From: Scyliorhinus canicula
Taxonomy: Eukaryota
NCBI RefSeq assembly: GCF_902713615.1
Contig: NC_052162.1
Span: 132,270,653 to 132,334,652 of the forward strand
Reading direction: 5' to 3'
Length of the DNA stretch: 64,000 bases
Position numbers and translations under genes: made by a program. This document shows, piece after piece, positions 47,057-60,638 of this stretch (position 1 is its first letter; each line of letters begins with the position of its first letter). The notes below the pieces were generated by a model, which ran no database searches, was not told the DNA's origin, and saw only the letters and a list, made by a program, of their open reading frames with translations.

Positions 47057-48035
47057 TTCACCTGTGTTCCTGCTGACCTGCATTGACACCTGTGTTCCTG
47101 CTGACCTGCATTGATACCTGTGTTCCTGCTGACCTGCATTGACGCCTGTGCTCCTGCTGACCTGCATTGACGCCTGTGTTCCTGCTGACCTGCATTGACA
47201 CCTGTGCTCCTGCTGACCTGCATTGACACCTGTGTTCCTGCTGACCTGCATTGACACCTGTGCTGCTGACCTGCATTGACACCTGTGTTCCTGCTGACCT
47301 GCATTGATACCTGTGCTGCTGCTGACCTGCATTGACACCTGTGTTCCTGCTGACCTGCATTGACACCTGTGTTCCTGCTGACCTGCATTGATACCTGTGT
47401 TCCTGCTGACCTGCATTGACACCTGTGCTCCTGCTGACCTGCATTGACACCTGTGTTCCTGCTGACCTGCATTGACACCTGTGTTCCTGCTGACCTGTAT
47501 TGACACCTGTGTTCCTGCTGACCTGCATTGACACCTGTGTTCCTGCTGACCTGCATTGACACCTGTGTTCCTGGTGACCTGCATTGACACCTGTGCTGCT
47601 GCTGACCTGCATTGACACCTGTGTTCCTGGTGACCTGCATTGACACCTGTGCTGCTGACCTGCATTGACACCTGTGTTCCTGCTGACCTGCATTGACACC
47701 TGTGTTCCTGGTGACCTGCATTGACACCTGTGCTGCTGCTGACCTGCATTGACACCTGTGCTGCTGCTGACCTGCATTGACACCTGTGTTCCTGCTGACC
47801 TGCATTGACACCTGTGTTCCTGCTGACCTGCATTGACACCTGTGCTCCTGCTGACCTGCATTGACACCTGTGTTCCTGCTGACCTGCATTGACACCTGTG
47901 CTGCTGCTGACCTGCATTGACACCTGTGCTGCTGCTGACCTGCATTGACACCTGTGCTGCTGCTGACCTGCATTGACACCTGTGCTGCTGCTGACCTGCA
48001 TTGACACCTGTGTTCCTGCTGACCTGCATTGACAG
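47057..48035. repeat. 28-bp minisatellite (CCTGTGTTCCTGCTGACCTGCATTGACA), about 35 units
   Basis: Directly visible. Confidence 0.96.
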
Positions 48036-49740
48036 AGTTCATTTCACAAACTCAGCCCTTCCCTGGGCTCTTTCCAGCTTCGGAGTGAGGGTTGTAATGT
48101 GGCCAAGATGGGAGATAAACTGCACACAGGAATATCCCACAGACAGCAATGTCCCCAAAACAGCAATCAGATAGAATGACCAGATCATCTCAGTCATGTT
48201 GGCTGAGGGATGAATGTTGTCCCAGGACCCTGGGGAACTGTCCTGTTCCTTCATGTCCACCAGGATGGGCAGACATGTCACGATGTCCACCTCCATCTCT
48301 GTCTCACACTCTCTATGTGTATGTGTAGATCTGTTTTGTCTATATATATATATATATACAATATATATATATGCTATCATTTATCTATCTGTCTATACGT
48401 ATATATGATTTCTATATGGGTTAATTATGATGAGGAACGTTGCCCATTACCGTTCCACAGTTGAGTGTCCAGTATCTGTGAGTGATTTACAGAATTGTGC
48501 AGAGGTTCACAGCCAGAAAGGATCAGCAACATTACACTGATCACCCTCTCCCCGGCCCCAACACCCACCCAGCACAGGTCAGTGGGCTGCTCACAGAACC
48601 GGTCCCCTGTCACACTCCAGATAAAACAGTGGAAACACCTTTTTAAACCGAGTCTTTATCAGCAACAAGCAGCAACGACCCACCCCAAATTAAACTCAGC
48701 CCATCAGCAATGATTGATGGAAACCGCACTCCAAATGTTCCACTGACTGGGTCAGCTCCACACACAGCAAATTGTTTCTGAGCTCAGAATGTTGTCCAGC
48801 TTCGAATAACCTCTTCCTGTCTTTTCCATCCTGTTGTCTCCTTCACTGTTTCCTCCCTCAAACCTCACTCAGTGAGGCTGGGTAGTGAAGTCTGGTCTGG
48901 GGTTCACCGAGCCCTCCCTGAGCTCGACTAACTCGTCACTGATGGGGTTTAAGGAGTGCGGGGAACTGTTCAATAACCATCGTTTCCCAGGTATATTTGA
49001 CAAGAGTTGATACATTGGACAGTCTCCCTGACAGTGGGACATGGAGGGGCTCTGATTTTGTGACTGGACTCGGAATCCAGAGGCCTGGATTAATCCAGCA
49101 AATTTATAAATCCCAACAGTTTGAACATTTGGAATCATGGAGATATTTGGATATCTCAATGTGTGGGTCCAGTCCACGCTGAATCTAAACTCCCCACTGA
49201 AGCTGCCCCAGTGAGCCACACAGCCGTATCAAACCGAGATTGCAGAGGAAGATCCAACACCATCACCAGATTCTCAGGGTAACTGGGTGATGGGACTGGA
49301 AATACCAAGGCTGCTATTTCACCCACTTACCAAGAACAAGTTATTGCATTTATTGATGAGGGTGATTTTGGGGAGCTGCTGTTGTAAAATTATGTTTAAT
49401 TCTAGAAATGTAACTTCAACTGATGGATAGGTTTTGGATATCAGCAGCCATCCCCAGTCCCGTTATAAACAGGTTGTTTGTGAGCACAGAACTGAAGGAA
49501 GGAGCTGAGTGAATCTCATTGTTGCTGTCGTTAGGGACAGGCTCTGATAGAGATAATCAACACTGCAGGGAACAGAAGGAGGATCCAGACACATTTCTGA
49601 TGGAGATGTGAGGATTGAGGAACATTCAGGAGGTTTCTTGAACTGTGTTTAACAGCCGGAGAGTTTTTCCCCAGAGATTTTCTCCTGAGATTAAATGGAA
49701 CCAGAGTTCACGACAGGGGAGAGTTTACAGAGTCTCTGAC

Positions 49741-50075
49741 AGGAGATTAAATGGGTGGGAATCCTGGGACAGTGTGGATTATATATGGGATGTGGAAGGA
49801 GATTAAATGGGTGGGAATCCCAGGACAGTGTGGATTGTATATGGGAAGGAGATTAAATGGGTGGGAATCCCGGGACAGTGTGGATTGTATATGGGATGTG
49901 GAAGGAGATTAAATGGGTGGGAATCCCAGGATAGAGTGGATTGTATATGGGATGTGGAAGGAGATTAAATGGGTGGGAATCCCGGGACAGTGTGGATTGT
50001 ATATGGGATGTGGAAGGAGATTAAATGGGTGGGAATCCCGGGACAGTGTGGATTGTATATGGGATGTGGAAGGTG
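49741..50075. repeat. 56-bp minisatellite (6 units)
   Basis: Unit GGAGATTAAATGGGTGGGAATCCCGGGACAGTGTGGATTGTATATGGGATGTGGAA. Confidence 0.93.
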
Positions 50076-50924
50076 CCAGATTTATGGGTTGACTGGCGTT
50101 TACAGTTCAGTGTTTCTGGGTCACAGGGTGAATTCCCTGCGTTGTTGACCAGTTAATCATCACCTTCAATCTGAGGCAATCTCCATCTACCTGATGATCC
50201 AAACTAATGTCTTTGTTTAAAGCTTTTGCCGATTTCCTCGTGATTTCAGGTGAAGAATGTCTATTTTAGAGACAGTTTTCTGATGCTCCTGTGCACGGGA
50301 CAGGCAGTTCTCGAGTCGCGGAGGGAGATTGGATTTTGAGCCTCTTTTACCTTCAAACTTTCCGTCCTGTTGGTCTGGTCGCTTTTCGGTAAATATCAGA
50401 ATTGTTTCTTGGTGTCGGTCACTAAATCGGAACCTCATTTCCATATGTAAAACACTGTGCTTATTCTTTTTAGTAACAGCGTTCCCTCTGGGAGGCCCCC
50501 TGTTCAGTTTAAGCGGTGCTGCTCACTCCTACAGGAAGTGGAAGGAGAAGGAAATAGAGCTGAGGTTGTGGCCAAGTTTCACACATCTGAAAACCAAGAA
50601 TGAAAATATCAAACCTGTTTCTCCGAACTCGACAGCTGCACATTGAGAGATTCTGTTCCAATACAGAGAGAAATCCGAATGGGAGGAGACCATTCAGCCC
50701 CTCAATCCTGTTCTACACTTCAAATTAGACGATGGCTGATCTGTACCTGACTCTATTTTCCTGCCTTGTGTCTGGATCCTTCAATAGTCGGATTTGAACA
50801 AAACTCTGTTCATCCCAGTATTGAGTTTTTCACTGGATCCACCAGCCTCAGCATCTTTTCAGATTCGAGACTTCCTGATGTTCACTGCCCTTTGAGTGAA
50901 GAAATACTTCCTGACATCACTGGA

Positions 50925-53900
50925 GTGCTGAACCTGTGGCATTTGAGTGCAACAGTGAGAGTTTGCTGACTGAGGGAGTATAAAGGTTCATTTTTATTTA
51001 AAGTCTAGTATTTCTTTTATTTAGTTAATTAACTTAAAAGTTGCTGTTTGGTCCACAAGAAGGTTAATTTTGAATCAGCTTTAAGCAAGGTTCTATTTGT
51101 AGGTACTTGCAGCTGGAGTTTGTTAATTAGTTAATTGGATTAGGACAGTTTTCAGAGGCTAGAGTCACAGTCGAAATCTGAGCTAGTTATAGTGCAGACT
51201 TTGTTTGCACTGGAGTGCTGAACTTGTGGCATTTGAGTGCTACAGTGAGAGTTTGCTGACTGAGGGAGTGCTGAACGTGGTGCATTTGAGCGCTACAGTG
51301 AGAGTTTGGTGACTGAGGGAGTGCTGAACTTGTGGCATTTGAGCGCTACAGTGAGAGTTTGCTGACTGAGGGAGTGCTGAACTTGTGGCATTTGAGTGCT
51401 ACAGTGAGAGTTTGGTGACTTAGGGAGTTAGGTTTGGAGGGAGTAAGGTGCTCCTTACATTTCATTTCCTATATTTATCAAAGAGCGTGAAGGGAGCCAG
51501 GAGTTTAGCGTACAACTGACTGGAAGCAGAGTCGGAGGCCGGAGGTCCAGTTGGTCTACGGGGCAGCTAATTCTGTGAAGTAAGAGGGGATGGAGGCTAG
51601 GGCAGTTGCATGCTCCTCCTGTAGGATGTGGGTGGTGAGGGATACCACTGGTGTCCCCGCTGACTATACCTGCGGGAAGTGCACCCAACTCCAGCTCCTC
51701 AGAGACCATGTTAGGGAACTGGAACTGGAGCTGGATGAACTTCGGATCATCCGGAAGGCAGAGGGGGTTATCGAGAAGAGTTACAGGGAGGTAGCCACAC
51801 CCAAGGTACTGGACAAGAGTAGCTGGGTTACAGTCAGGGAAAAGAAAACTAACAGGCAGACAGTGCAGGGATCCCTCGTGCCCGTTCTCCTTCAAAACAA
51901 GTATACCATTTTGGATGCTGTTGGGGGGGATGACCTACCGGGGGAAGGCCCTAGCGTCCGGGTCTCTGGCACTGAGTCTGGCTCTAGGGCTCAGAAGGGA
52001 TGGGGGGAGCATAGAAAAGCAATAGTAATCGGAGATTCAATGGTTAGGGGAATAGATAGGAGATTCTGTGGTCGCGAGCGAGACTCCCGAAAGGTATGTT
52101 GCCTCCCGGGTGCCAGGGCCAGAGATGTCTCGGATCGTGTCTTCAGGATCCTGAAGGGGGAGGGTGAGCAGCCAGAGGTCCTGGTGCACATTGGTACCAA
52201 CGACGTAGGTAGGACAAGGTATGTGGAGGTAATAAACAAGTTTAGGGAGTTAGGCTGGAAGTTAAAGGCCAGGACAGACAGAGTTGTCATCTATGGTTTG
52301 TTGCCGGTGCCACGTGATAGCGAGGCTAGGAATAGGGAGAGAGTGCAGTTGAACATGTGGCTGCAGGAATAGTGTAGGAGGGAGGGCTTCAGGTATTTGG
52401 ATAATTGGAGCGCATTCTGGGGAAGGTGGGACCTGTACAAGCAGGACGGGTTGCATCTGAACCAGAGGGGCACCAATATCCTGGGGGGGAGGATTTCCAG
52501 TAGTCTTCGGGAGGTTTTAAACTAATTTGGCAGGGGAATGGGAACCGGATTTGTAGTCCAGCAACTAAGGAAGCCGATATTCAGGACGCCAAAGCACGTA
52601 GTGATGCAGTGGGGAAGGTAACACTGACAAAGGGGAGTACTTGCAGGCAAGGAGATGGGTTGAAGTGTGTATACTTCAATGCAAGAAGCATCAGGAATAA
52701 GGTGGGTGAACTTAAGGCATGGATCGGTACTTGGGACTACGGTGCGGTGGCCATCACGGAAACTTGGATAGAAGAGGGGTAGAAATGATTGTTGGAGGTC
52801 CCTGGCTATAGATGTTTCAACAAGATTAGGGAGGATGGTAAAAGAGGTGGAGGGGTGGCATTGATAATTCGAGCTAGTATAACAGCTGCAGAAAGGCAGT
52901 TCGAGGGGGATCTGCCTACTGAGATAATTTGGGTTGAAGTCAGAAATAGGAAAGGAGCAGTCACCTTGTTGGGAGTTTTCTATAGGCCCCCCAATAGCAG
53001 CAGAGATGTGGAGGAACAGATTGGGAAACAGATTTTGGAAAGGCGCAGAAGTCACAGGGTAGTAGTCATGGGTGACTTCAACTTCCCAAACATTGAGTGG
53101 AAACTCTTTAGATCAAATAGTTTGGATGGGGTAGTGTTTGTGCAGTGTGTCCAGGAAGCTTTTCTAACTCAGTATGTAGATTGTCCGACCAGAGGGGAGG
53201 CCATATTGGATTTGGTACTTGGTAATGAACCAGGGCAGGTGATAGATTTGTTAGTGGGGGAGCATTTTGGAGGTAGTGACCGCAAAAGGGCAAGGTTTAC
53301 AACCTTGGGGGAAGGGTAAATACAATGCTGTCAGACAAGAATTGAAGTGCATAAATTGGGAACATAGGCTGTCAGGGAAGGACACAAGTGAAATGTGGAA
53401 CTTGTTCAAGGAACAGGTACTGCGTGTTTTTGATATATGTCCCTGTCAGGCAGGGAAGAGATGGTCGAGTGAGGGAACCATGGTTGACAAGAGAGGTTGA
53501 ATGTCTTGTTAAGAGGAAGAAGGAGACTTATGTAAGGCTGAGGAAACAAGGTTCAGACAGGGCGCTGGAGGGATACAAGATAGCCAGGAGGGAACTGAAG
53601 AAAGGGATTAGGAGAGCTAAGAGAGGGCATGAAAAATCTTTGGCGGGTATGATCAAGGAAAACCCCAAGGCCTTTTACACATATGTGAGAAATATGAGAA
53701 TGACTAGAGCGAGGGTAGGTCCGATCAAGAACAGTAGCGGGAGATTGTGTATTGAGTCTGAAGAGATAGAGGTCTTGAACAAGTATTTTTCTTCAGTATT
53801 TACAAACGAGAGGGGCCATATTGTTGGAGAGAACAGTGTGAAACAGACTGGTAAGCTCGAGGAGATACTTGTTAGGAAGGAAGATGTGTTGGGCGTTTTG

Positions 53901-53939
53901 AAAAACTTGAGGATAGATAAATCCCCGGGCCTGACGGGA
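50925..53939 (+). mobile_element. Near full-length CR1 LINE 'A', 5' half: repetitive 5' UTR, ORF1 (Cys zinc finger and SGNH esterase), ORF2 endonuclease; disabled
   Basis: ORF1 from 51590 has CSSC..C..C, GDSMVRG and VHIGTND, with DGLHL after a premature TAG at 52370. ORF2 has NARSIRNK, ITETW and GDFNFP, with stops and frameshifts. Confidence 0.9.
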
Positions 53940-56875
53940 TAGAGCTGTTGGGGAGGGTTTAAACTAATGTGGCAGGGGGATGGGAACCAATGCTGGAAGT
54001 TGGAAGGTAGTAAAACAGGGACAGAAACAAAAGGAAGTAAGGGGAAAAGTGCAAGGCAGAGAAGACATAGTCAGAAATCCATAAGGGCGACAGTACAAGG
54101 TACAGTGACTGAGGGGAGCACAGTGAATAGGCCCAGTAATAACAAAAGGAATAAAACTGGAGATGTTAAGATTCAAAACAGAGGTAAAAAAAACCAACAT
54201 AAGTGTACTTTACCTGAATGCTCGTAGTATTCGGAATAAAGTAAATGAGTTGGTGGCACAAATCATCGTAAATGACTATGATTTAGTGGCCATTACTGAA
54301 ACATGGTTAAAGGATGGTCACGACTGGGAGTTAAATATCCGAGGGTATCAAACTATTCGGAAGGACAGAGTGGATGGTAAGGGAGGTGGTGTTGCTCTGT
54401 TATTTAAGGATGACATCCGGGCAATAGTAAGGGATGACATTGGTGCTATGGAGGATAAGGTTGAATCCATTTGGGTGGAAATCAGGAATAGTAAGGCGAA
54501 AAAGTCACTGATAGGAGTAGTCTATCGGCCACCAAATAGTAACGAGATGGTGGGGCAGGCAATAAACAAAGAAATAACTGATGCATGTAGAAATGGTACA
54601 GCAGTTATCATGGGGGATTTTAATCTACATGTCGATTGGTTTAACCAGGTCGGTCAAGGCAACCGTGAGGAGGAGTTTATAGAATGTATCCGCGATAGTT
54701 TCCTAGAACAGTATGTAATGGAACCTACGAGGGAACAAGCGGTCCTAGATCTTGTCCTGTGTAATGAGACAGGATTGATTCATGATCTCATAGTTAGGGA
54801 TCCTCTCGGAAGGAGCGATCACAATATGGTGGAATTTAAAATACAGATGGAGGGTGAGAAAGTAAAATCAAATACTAGTGTTTTGTGTTTAAACAAAGGA
54901 GATTACAAGGGGATGAGAGAAGAACTAGCTAAGGTAGACTGGGAGCTAAGACTTTATGGTGGAACAGTTGAGGAACAGTGGAGAACCTTCCAAGCGATTT
55001 TTCACAGTGCTCAGCAAAGGTTTATACCAAAAAAAAGGAAGGACGGAAGAAAGAGGGAAAATCGACCGTGGATATCAAAGGAAATAAGGGAGAGTATCAA
55101 ATTGAAGGAAAAAGCATATAATGCTAATTTCCAATCCACCGGGACCACCCCAGAGTCTAGTGAATTTCGGTAAATTATCACTAGTGCATCTGCAATTTCC
55201 CTAGCCATCTCTTTTAGCACTCTGGGATGCATTCCATCAGGGCCAGGAGACTTATCTACCTTTAGCCCCATTAGCTTGCCCATCACTCCCTCCTTAGTGA
55301 TAACAATCCTCTCAAGGTCCTCACCTGTCATAGCCTCATTTCTATCAGTCGCTGGCATGTTATTTGTGTCTTCCACTGTGAAGACCGACCCAAAAAACCT
55401 ATTCAGTTCCTCAGCCATTTCCTCATTTCCCATTAAAAAAGGAGGTAGGCAGAAAGCAGGAAATTATAGGCCAGTGAGTTTAAATTCGGTAATAGGGAAG
55501 ATGCTGGAATCTATCATCAAGGAAGAAATTGCGAGGCATCTGGATAGAAATTGTCCCATTGGGCAGACGCAGCATGGGTTCGTTAAAGGCAGGTCATGCC
55601 TAACTAATTTAGTGGAATTTTTTGAGGACATTACCAGTGCAGTAGATAACGGGGAGCCGATGGATGTGGTATATCTGGATTTCCAGAAAGCCTTTGACAA
55701 GGTGCCACACAAAAGGTTGCTGCATAAGATAAAGATGCATGGCATTAAGGGTAAAGTAGTAGCATGGATAGAGGATTGGTTAATTCATAGAAAGCAAAGA
55801 GTTGGGATAAATGGGTGTTTCTCCGGTTGGCAATCAGTAGCTAGTGGTGTCCCTCAGGGATCCGTGTTGGGCCCACAATTGTTCACAATTTACATTGATG
55901 ATTTGGAGTTGGGGACCAAGGGCAATGTGTCCAAGTTTGCAGATGACACTAAGATGAGTGGGAAAGCGAAAAGTGCAGAGGATGCTGGAAGTCTGCAGAG
56001 GGATTTGGATAGGTTAAGTGAATGGGCTCGGGTCTGGCAGATGGAATACAATGTTGACAAATGTGAGGTTATCCATTTTGGTAGGAATAACAGCAAACGG
56101 GATTATTATTTAAACGATAAAATATTAAAGCATGCCGCTGTTCAGAGAGACTTGGGTGTGCTAGTGCATGAGTCACAGAAGGTTGGTTTACAAGTGCAAC
56201 AGGTGATTAAGAAGGCAAATGGAATTTTGTCCTTCATTGCTAGAGGGATGGAGTTTAAGACTAGGGAGGTTATGTTGCAATTGTATAAGGTGTTAGTGCG
56301 GGCACACCTGGAGTATTGTGTTCAGTTTTGGTCTCCTTACTTGAGAAAGGACGTACTGGCGCTGGAGGGTGTGCAGAGGAGATTCACTAGGTTAATCCCA
56401 GAGCTGAAGGGGTTGGATTACGAGGAGAGGTTGAGTAGACTGGGACTGTACTCGTTGGAATTTAGAAGGATGAGGGGGGGATCTTATAGAAACATTTAAA
56501 ATTATGAAGGGAATAGATAGGATAGATGCGGGCAGGTTGTTTCCACTGGCGGGTGACAGCAGAACTAGGGGGCATAGCCTCAAAATAAGGGGAAGTAGAT
56601 TGAGGACTGAGTTTAGGAGGAGCTTCTTCACCCAAAGGGTTGTGAATCTATGGAATTCCTTGCCCAGTGAAGCAGTTGAGGCTCCTTCATTACATGTTTT
56701 TAAGGTAAAGATAGATAGTTTTTTGAAGAATAAAGGGATTAAGGGTTATGGTGTTCGAGCCGGAAAGTGGAGCTGAGTCCACAAAAGATCAGCCACGATC
56801 TAATTGAATGGCGGAGCAGGCTCGAGGGGCCAGATGGCCTACTCCTGCTCCTAGTTCTTATGTTCTTATGTTCTT
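53940..56875 (+). mobile_element. 5'-truncated CR1 LINE 'B' nested in element A, with an internal inversion at ~55123-55436
   Basis: Has its own APE domain (54163-55120), RT (YLDFQKAFDKV, FADDTK) and a (CTTATGTT)n tail. It splits element A between DKSPG..G and IYPRIL. Confidence 0.9.
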
Positions 56876-58632
56876 ATATCCAAGGATTCTATGGCAGGCA
56901 AGAAATGAAATTGCAGAGCCGTTCGCAATGATCTTTTCGTCCTCGCTGTCAACAGGGGTGGTACCAGAGGATTGGAGAGTGGCGAATGTCGTGCCCCTGT
57001 TCAGAAAAGGGAATCGGGATAACCCTGGGAATTACAGGCCAGTTAGTCTTACTTCGGTGGTAGGCAAAGTAATGGAAAGGGTACTGAGGGATAGGATTTC
57101 TGAGCATCTGGAAAGACACTGCTTGATAAGGGACAGTCAGCACGGATTTGTGAGGGGTAGGTCTTGCCTTACAAGTCTTATTGATTTCTTTGAGGAGGTG
57201 ACCAAGCATGTGGATGAAGGTAAAGCAGTGGATGTGGTGTACATGTAATGTAGTAAGGCATTTGATAAGGTTCCCCGTGGTAGGTTTATGCAGAAAATAA
57301 GGAGGCATGGGATAGTGGGAAATTTGGCCAGTTGGATAACAAACTGGCTAACCGATAGAGGAGAGTGGTGGTGGATGGCAAATATTCAGCCTGGAGCCCA
57401 GTTACCAGTGGCGTACCGCAGGGATCAGTTCTGGGTCCTCTGCTGTTTCTGATTTTCATTAACGACTTGGATGAGGGAGTTGAAGGGTGGGTCAGGAAAT
57501 TTGCAGATGATACGAAGATTGGTGGAGTTGTGGATAGTGAGGAGGGCTGTTGTCAGCTTCAAAGAGACATAGATAGGATGCAGAGCTGGGCTGAGAAGTG
57601 GCAGATGTAGTTTAACCCTAACATGTGTGAGTTTGTCCATTTTGGAAGGACAAATATGAATGCGGAATACAGGGTTAACGGCAGGGTTCATGGCAATGTA
57701 GAGGAGCAGAGAGATCTTGGGGTCTATGTTCATAGATCTTTGCAAGTTGCCACTCAAGTGCATAGAGCTGTGAAGAAGGCCTATGGTGTGCTGGTGTTCA
57801 TTAGCAGAGGGATTGAATTTAAGAGTCGTGAGGTGATGATGCAGCTGTACAAAACCTTGGTCAGGCCACATTTGGAGTACTGTGTGCAGTTCTGGTCACC
57901 TCATTTTAGGAAGGATGTGGAAGCTTTGGAAAAGGTGCAAAGGAGATTTACCAGGATGTTGCCTGGAATGGAGAGTAGGTCTTACGAGGAAAGGTTGAGG
58001 GTGCTAGGCCTTTTCTCATTAGAACGGAGAAGGATGAGGGGCGACTTGATAGAGGTTTATAAGATGATCAGGGGAATAGATAGAGTAGACAGTCAGAGAC
58101 TTTTTCCCCGGGTGGAACACACCATTACAAGGGGACATAAATTTAAGGTAAATGGTGGAAGATATAGGGGGGATGTCAGAGGTAGGTTCTTTACCCAGAG
58201 AGTAGTGGGGGCATGGAATGCACTGCCTGTGGAAGTAGTTGAGTCGGAAACGTTAGGGACCTTCAAGCGGCTATTGGATAGGTACATGGATTAGGGTAGA
58301 ATAATGGAGTGTAGATTAATTTCTTCTTCAGGGCAGCACGGTAGCATTGTGGATAGCACAATTGCTTCACAGCTCCAGGGTTCCAAGTTCGATTTCGACT
58401 TGGGTCACTGTCTGTGTGGAGTCTGCACATCCTCCCGGTGTGTGCATGGGTTTCCTCCGGGTGCTCCGGTTTCCTCCCACAGTTCAAAGATGCGCAGGTT
58501 GGGTGGATTGGCCATGATAAATTGCCCTTAGTGTCCAAAATTCTATGATTAACCTAGGACAAAAGTTCGGCACAACATCGTGGGCTGAAGGGCCTGTTCT
58601 GTGCTGTATTTCTCTATCTATCTATCTATCTA
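56876..58632 (+). mobile_element. CR1 LINE 'A' 3' half (RT and (CTAT)n tail), with an HE1-like SINE at 58330-58540
   Basis: Translation YPRILWQARNEIAEP...FADDTKIGG...FFTQRVVGAWNALP. Confidence 0.9.
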
Positions 58633-59029
58633 TCACCCCTGAAGGGCCTGGCTCGAACTTCCAGGTTCTGCCCCCTAATTCTGGTCACCCCCATCCCCAC
58701 CAGGGATAGTTTCTCTCTATAGAACCGATCAAATCTTTTATTCGGCTTCAACTGCTCGATTGGATCACCCTTTAATCTTCTATCTTCTATATTTGAGGGA
58801 ATATGAGCCAAATATAACCTGTCCTCAGGATTTAACCCTTTCTGTCCGGGTTCTCCACAAGTGATCCAACCAGAGCTTTATTCAATCGGAGCACAGCGAC
58901 CACCTCTTTGTATTCCAGTGTTCATCACCAGCTACTGCACATTGAGAGATTCTGTTTCAATCTGATGTGAAGATTCATTAAAACCCAAATCCTGCCTGTT
59001 GTCTCTTTCACATGAAGTAAATTTTCCAC

Positions 59030-60350
59030 CTTGCCCCTCGTGTCGGACACGATTGGTTATTCCACATGTGGGACATTTATTTCAATCAGCTTTGTGATTG
59101 GTGTAAATGACATGCTGTATGAGTGTGACCATGGTGCACTGACCCTCCTCATCCTGTTCAACATGTCTGCAGCCTTTCACACGATTGACCACATCATCCT
59201 CCCCCAATGTCTCTTCTCCATTATCCAGCAAAGTGGGACGGCCCTCGCCTGTTTCCACTCTTCCCTGTCCAGTCATCGCCAGAGGTTCCCCTGCAATATC
59301 TTCTCTTCCTACCTCAACATCATTACCTCCGGAGTTCCCAAGATTCTCGGTCTCTCTCCGATTGACAAATATCTTAAATCTGTGTTAATAACCCTCCGGC
59401 CAATGAAATCAGTTCCTCGAGATTTACTCTGTGAAGAAACCTTGTAACATTGAACGGGCAGTTTTATTCACCCTCTCCTCAACTTCAATATGAGAACCAT
59501 CCCAGCTTCTCCACACTCTCCACATCCCCCATCCCTGCCACCATTCGGAATGGGAAGACGGAAGTCACTGTCTTCAGCTCCCAACACAAACTCTGTTCTT
59601 CAGTCACTGATTCCATCTCCATCCCTGGCCACTGTCTCTGGCTGAATTGGGCCATTCACAGTCTCGGCCTCTAATCTGACTCTGAGCTGAGCATCCAAAC
59701 CTCATCCTCTCCCTCACAAAGACCACCTACTTCTGACCCTCTCACATCAGCCTTCTTCAACACTTCCTCAATTTATTCACTGCTCAAACCTTCCTCTCTA
59801 CTTCAATTCCCTCCAGACAACCCGATAATAATAATCTTGGTCACAAGTACGATTACATTAACATTGCAATGAAGTTACTGTGAAAGTCCCCGAGTGGCCA
59901 CACTCTGGCACCTGTTCGGGTACACTGAGGGAGAATTCAGAATGTCTAATTCACCAACAGTACGTCCTTCGAGACTATTTCAATGATCTCCTGGCTGTCC
60001 GCCCATCTCCCACCCTCCATAGATTTTACACTGGCTTTCAGTCCACCAGTGCCTCCCTGTTATAATTCCCATCCAGATTTTCAAATCCCTTCATGGTCTC
60101 ACCCCTCCCTATCCCTAACTTCCCGCAAGCCCCAAATCCCTGCAGGAAATCCGCGTTCCTGCAACTCCGGCCTCTTGTCCATCCGACACTTCCTTTCCTC
60201 TATCACTGGCTGCTGTACCTTCAGTTGATGAGGCTCTAAGTGCTGGAATTCACACTGGACCCCTCTGTCTCTCCAGAGTTCAGACCTTCTTTAACACTGT
60301 CCTTAAAAACTACCGCTTCATTAATCTTCTGCTCACCGTCCTGTGAATAA
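59030..60350 (+). mobile_element. Decayed L2-type LINE RT and 3' region
   Basis: Translation LILFNMSAAFHTIDHIIL...SGTALACF...ITSGVP. Confidence 0.7.
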
Positions 60351-60375
60351 AACCTTCTTGATCCTCTGCCCCACC

Positions 60376-60638
60376 GGGAAAACGGGGCTGGTGGGATGGA
60401 GAATCCCGCTGCAGGCGGGGGAGGCAGCGTGCGGGAAAACGGGGCTGGTGGGATGGGGAATCCCGCTGCAGGCGGGGGAGGCAGCGTGCGGGAAAACGGG
60501 GCTGGTGGGACGGAGAATCCCGCTGCAGGCGGGGAGGCAGCGTGCGGGAAAACGGGGCTGGTGGGATGGAGAATCCCGCTGCAGGCGGGGAATGCAGCGC
60601 GCGGGAAAACGGGGCTGATGGGATGGAGAATCCCGCCC
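60376..60638. repeat. 57-bp GC-rich minisatellite (about 4.6 units)
   Basis: GGGAAAACGG recurs at 60376, 60433 and 60490. Confidence 0.9.

Noticed and set aside
47008-48042. 318-344-aa repetitive ORFs (similar ones at 28-32, 33, 41 and 43 kb)
   Set aside because: They are open only because the repeat units lack stop codons.
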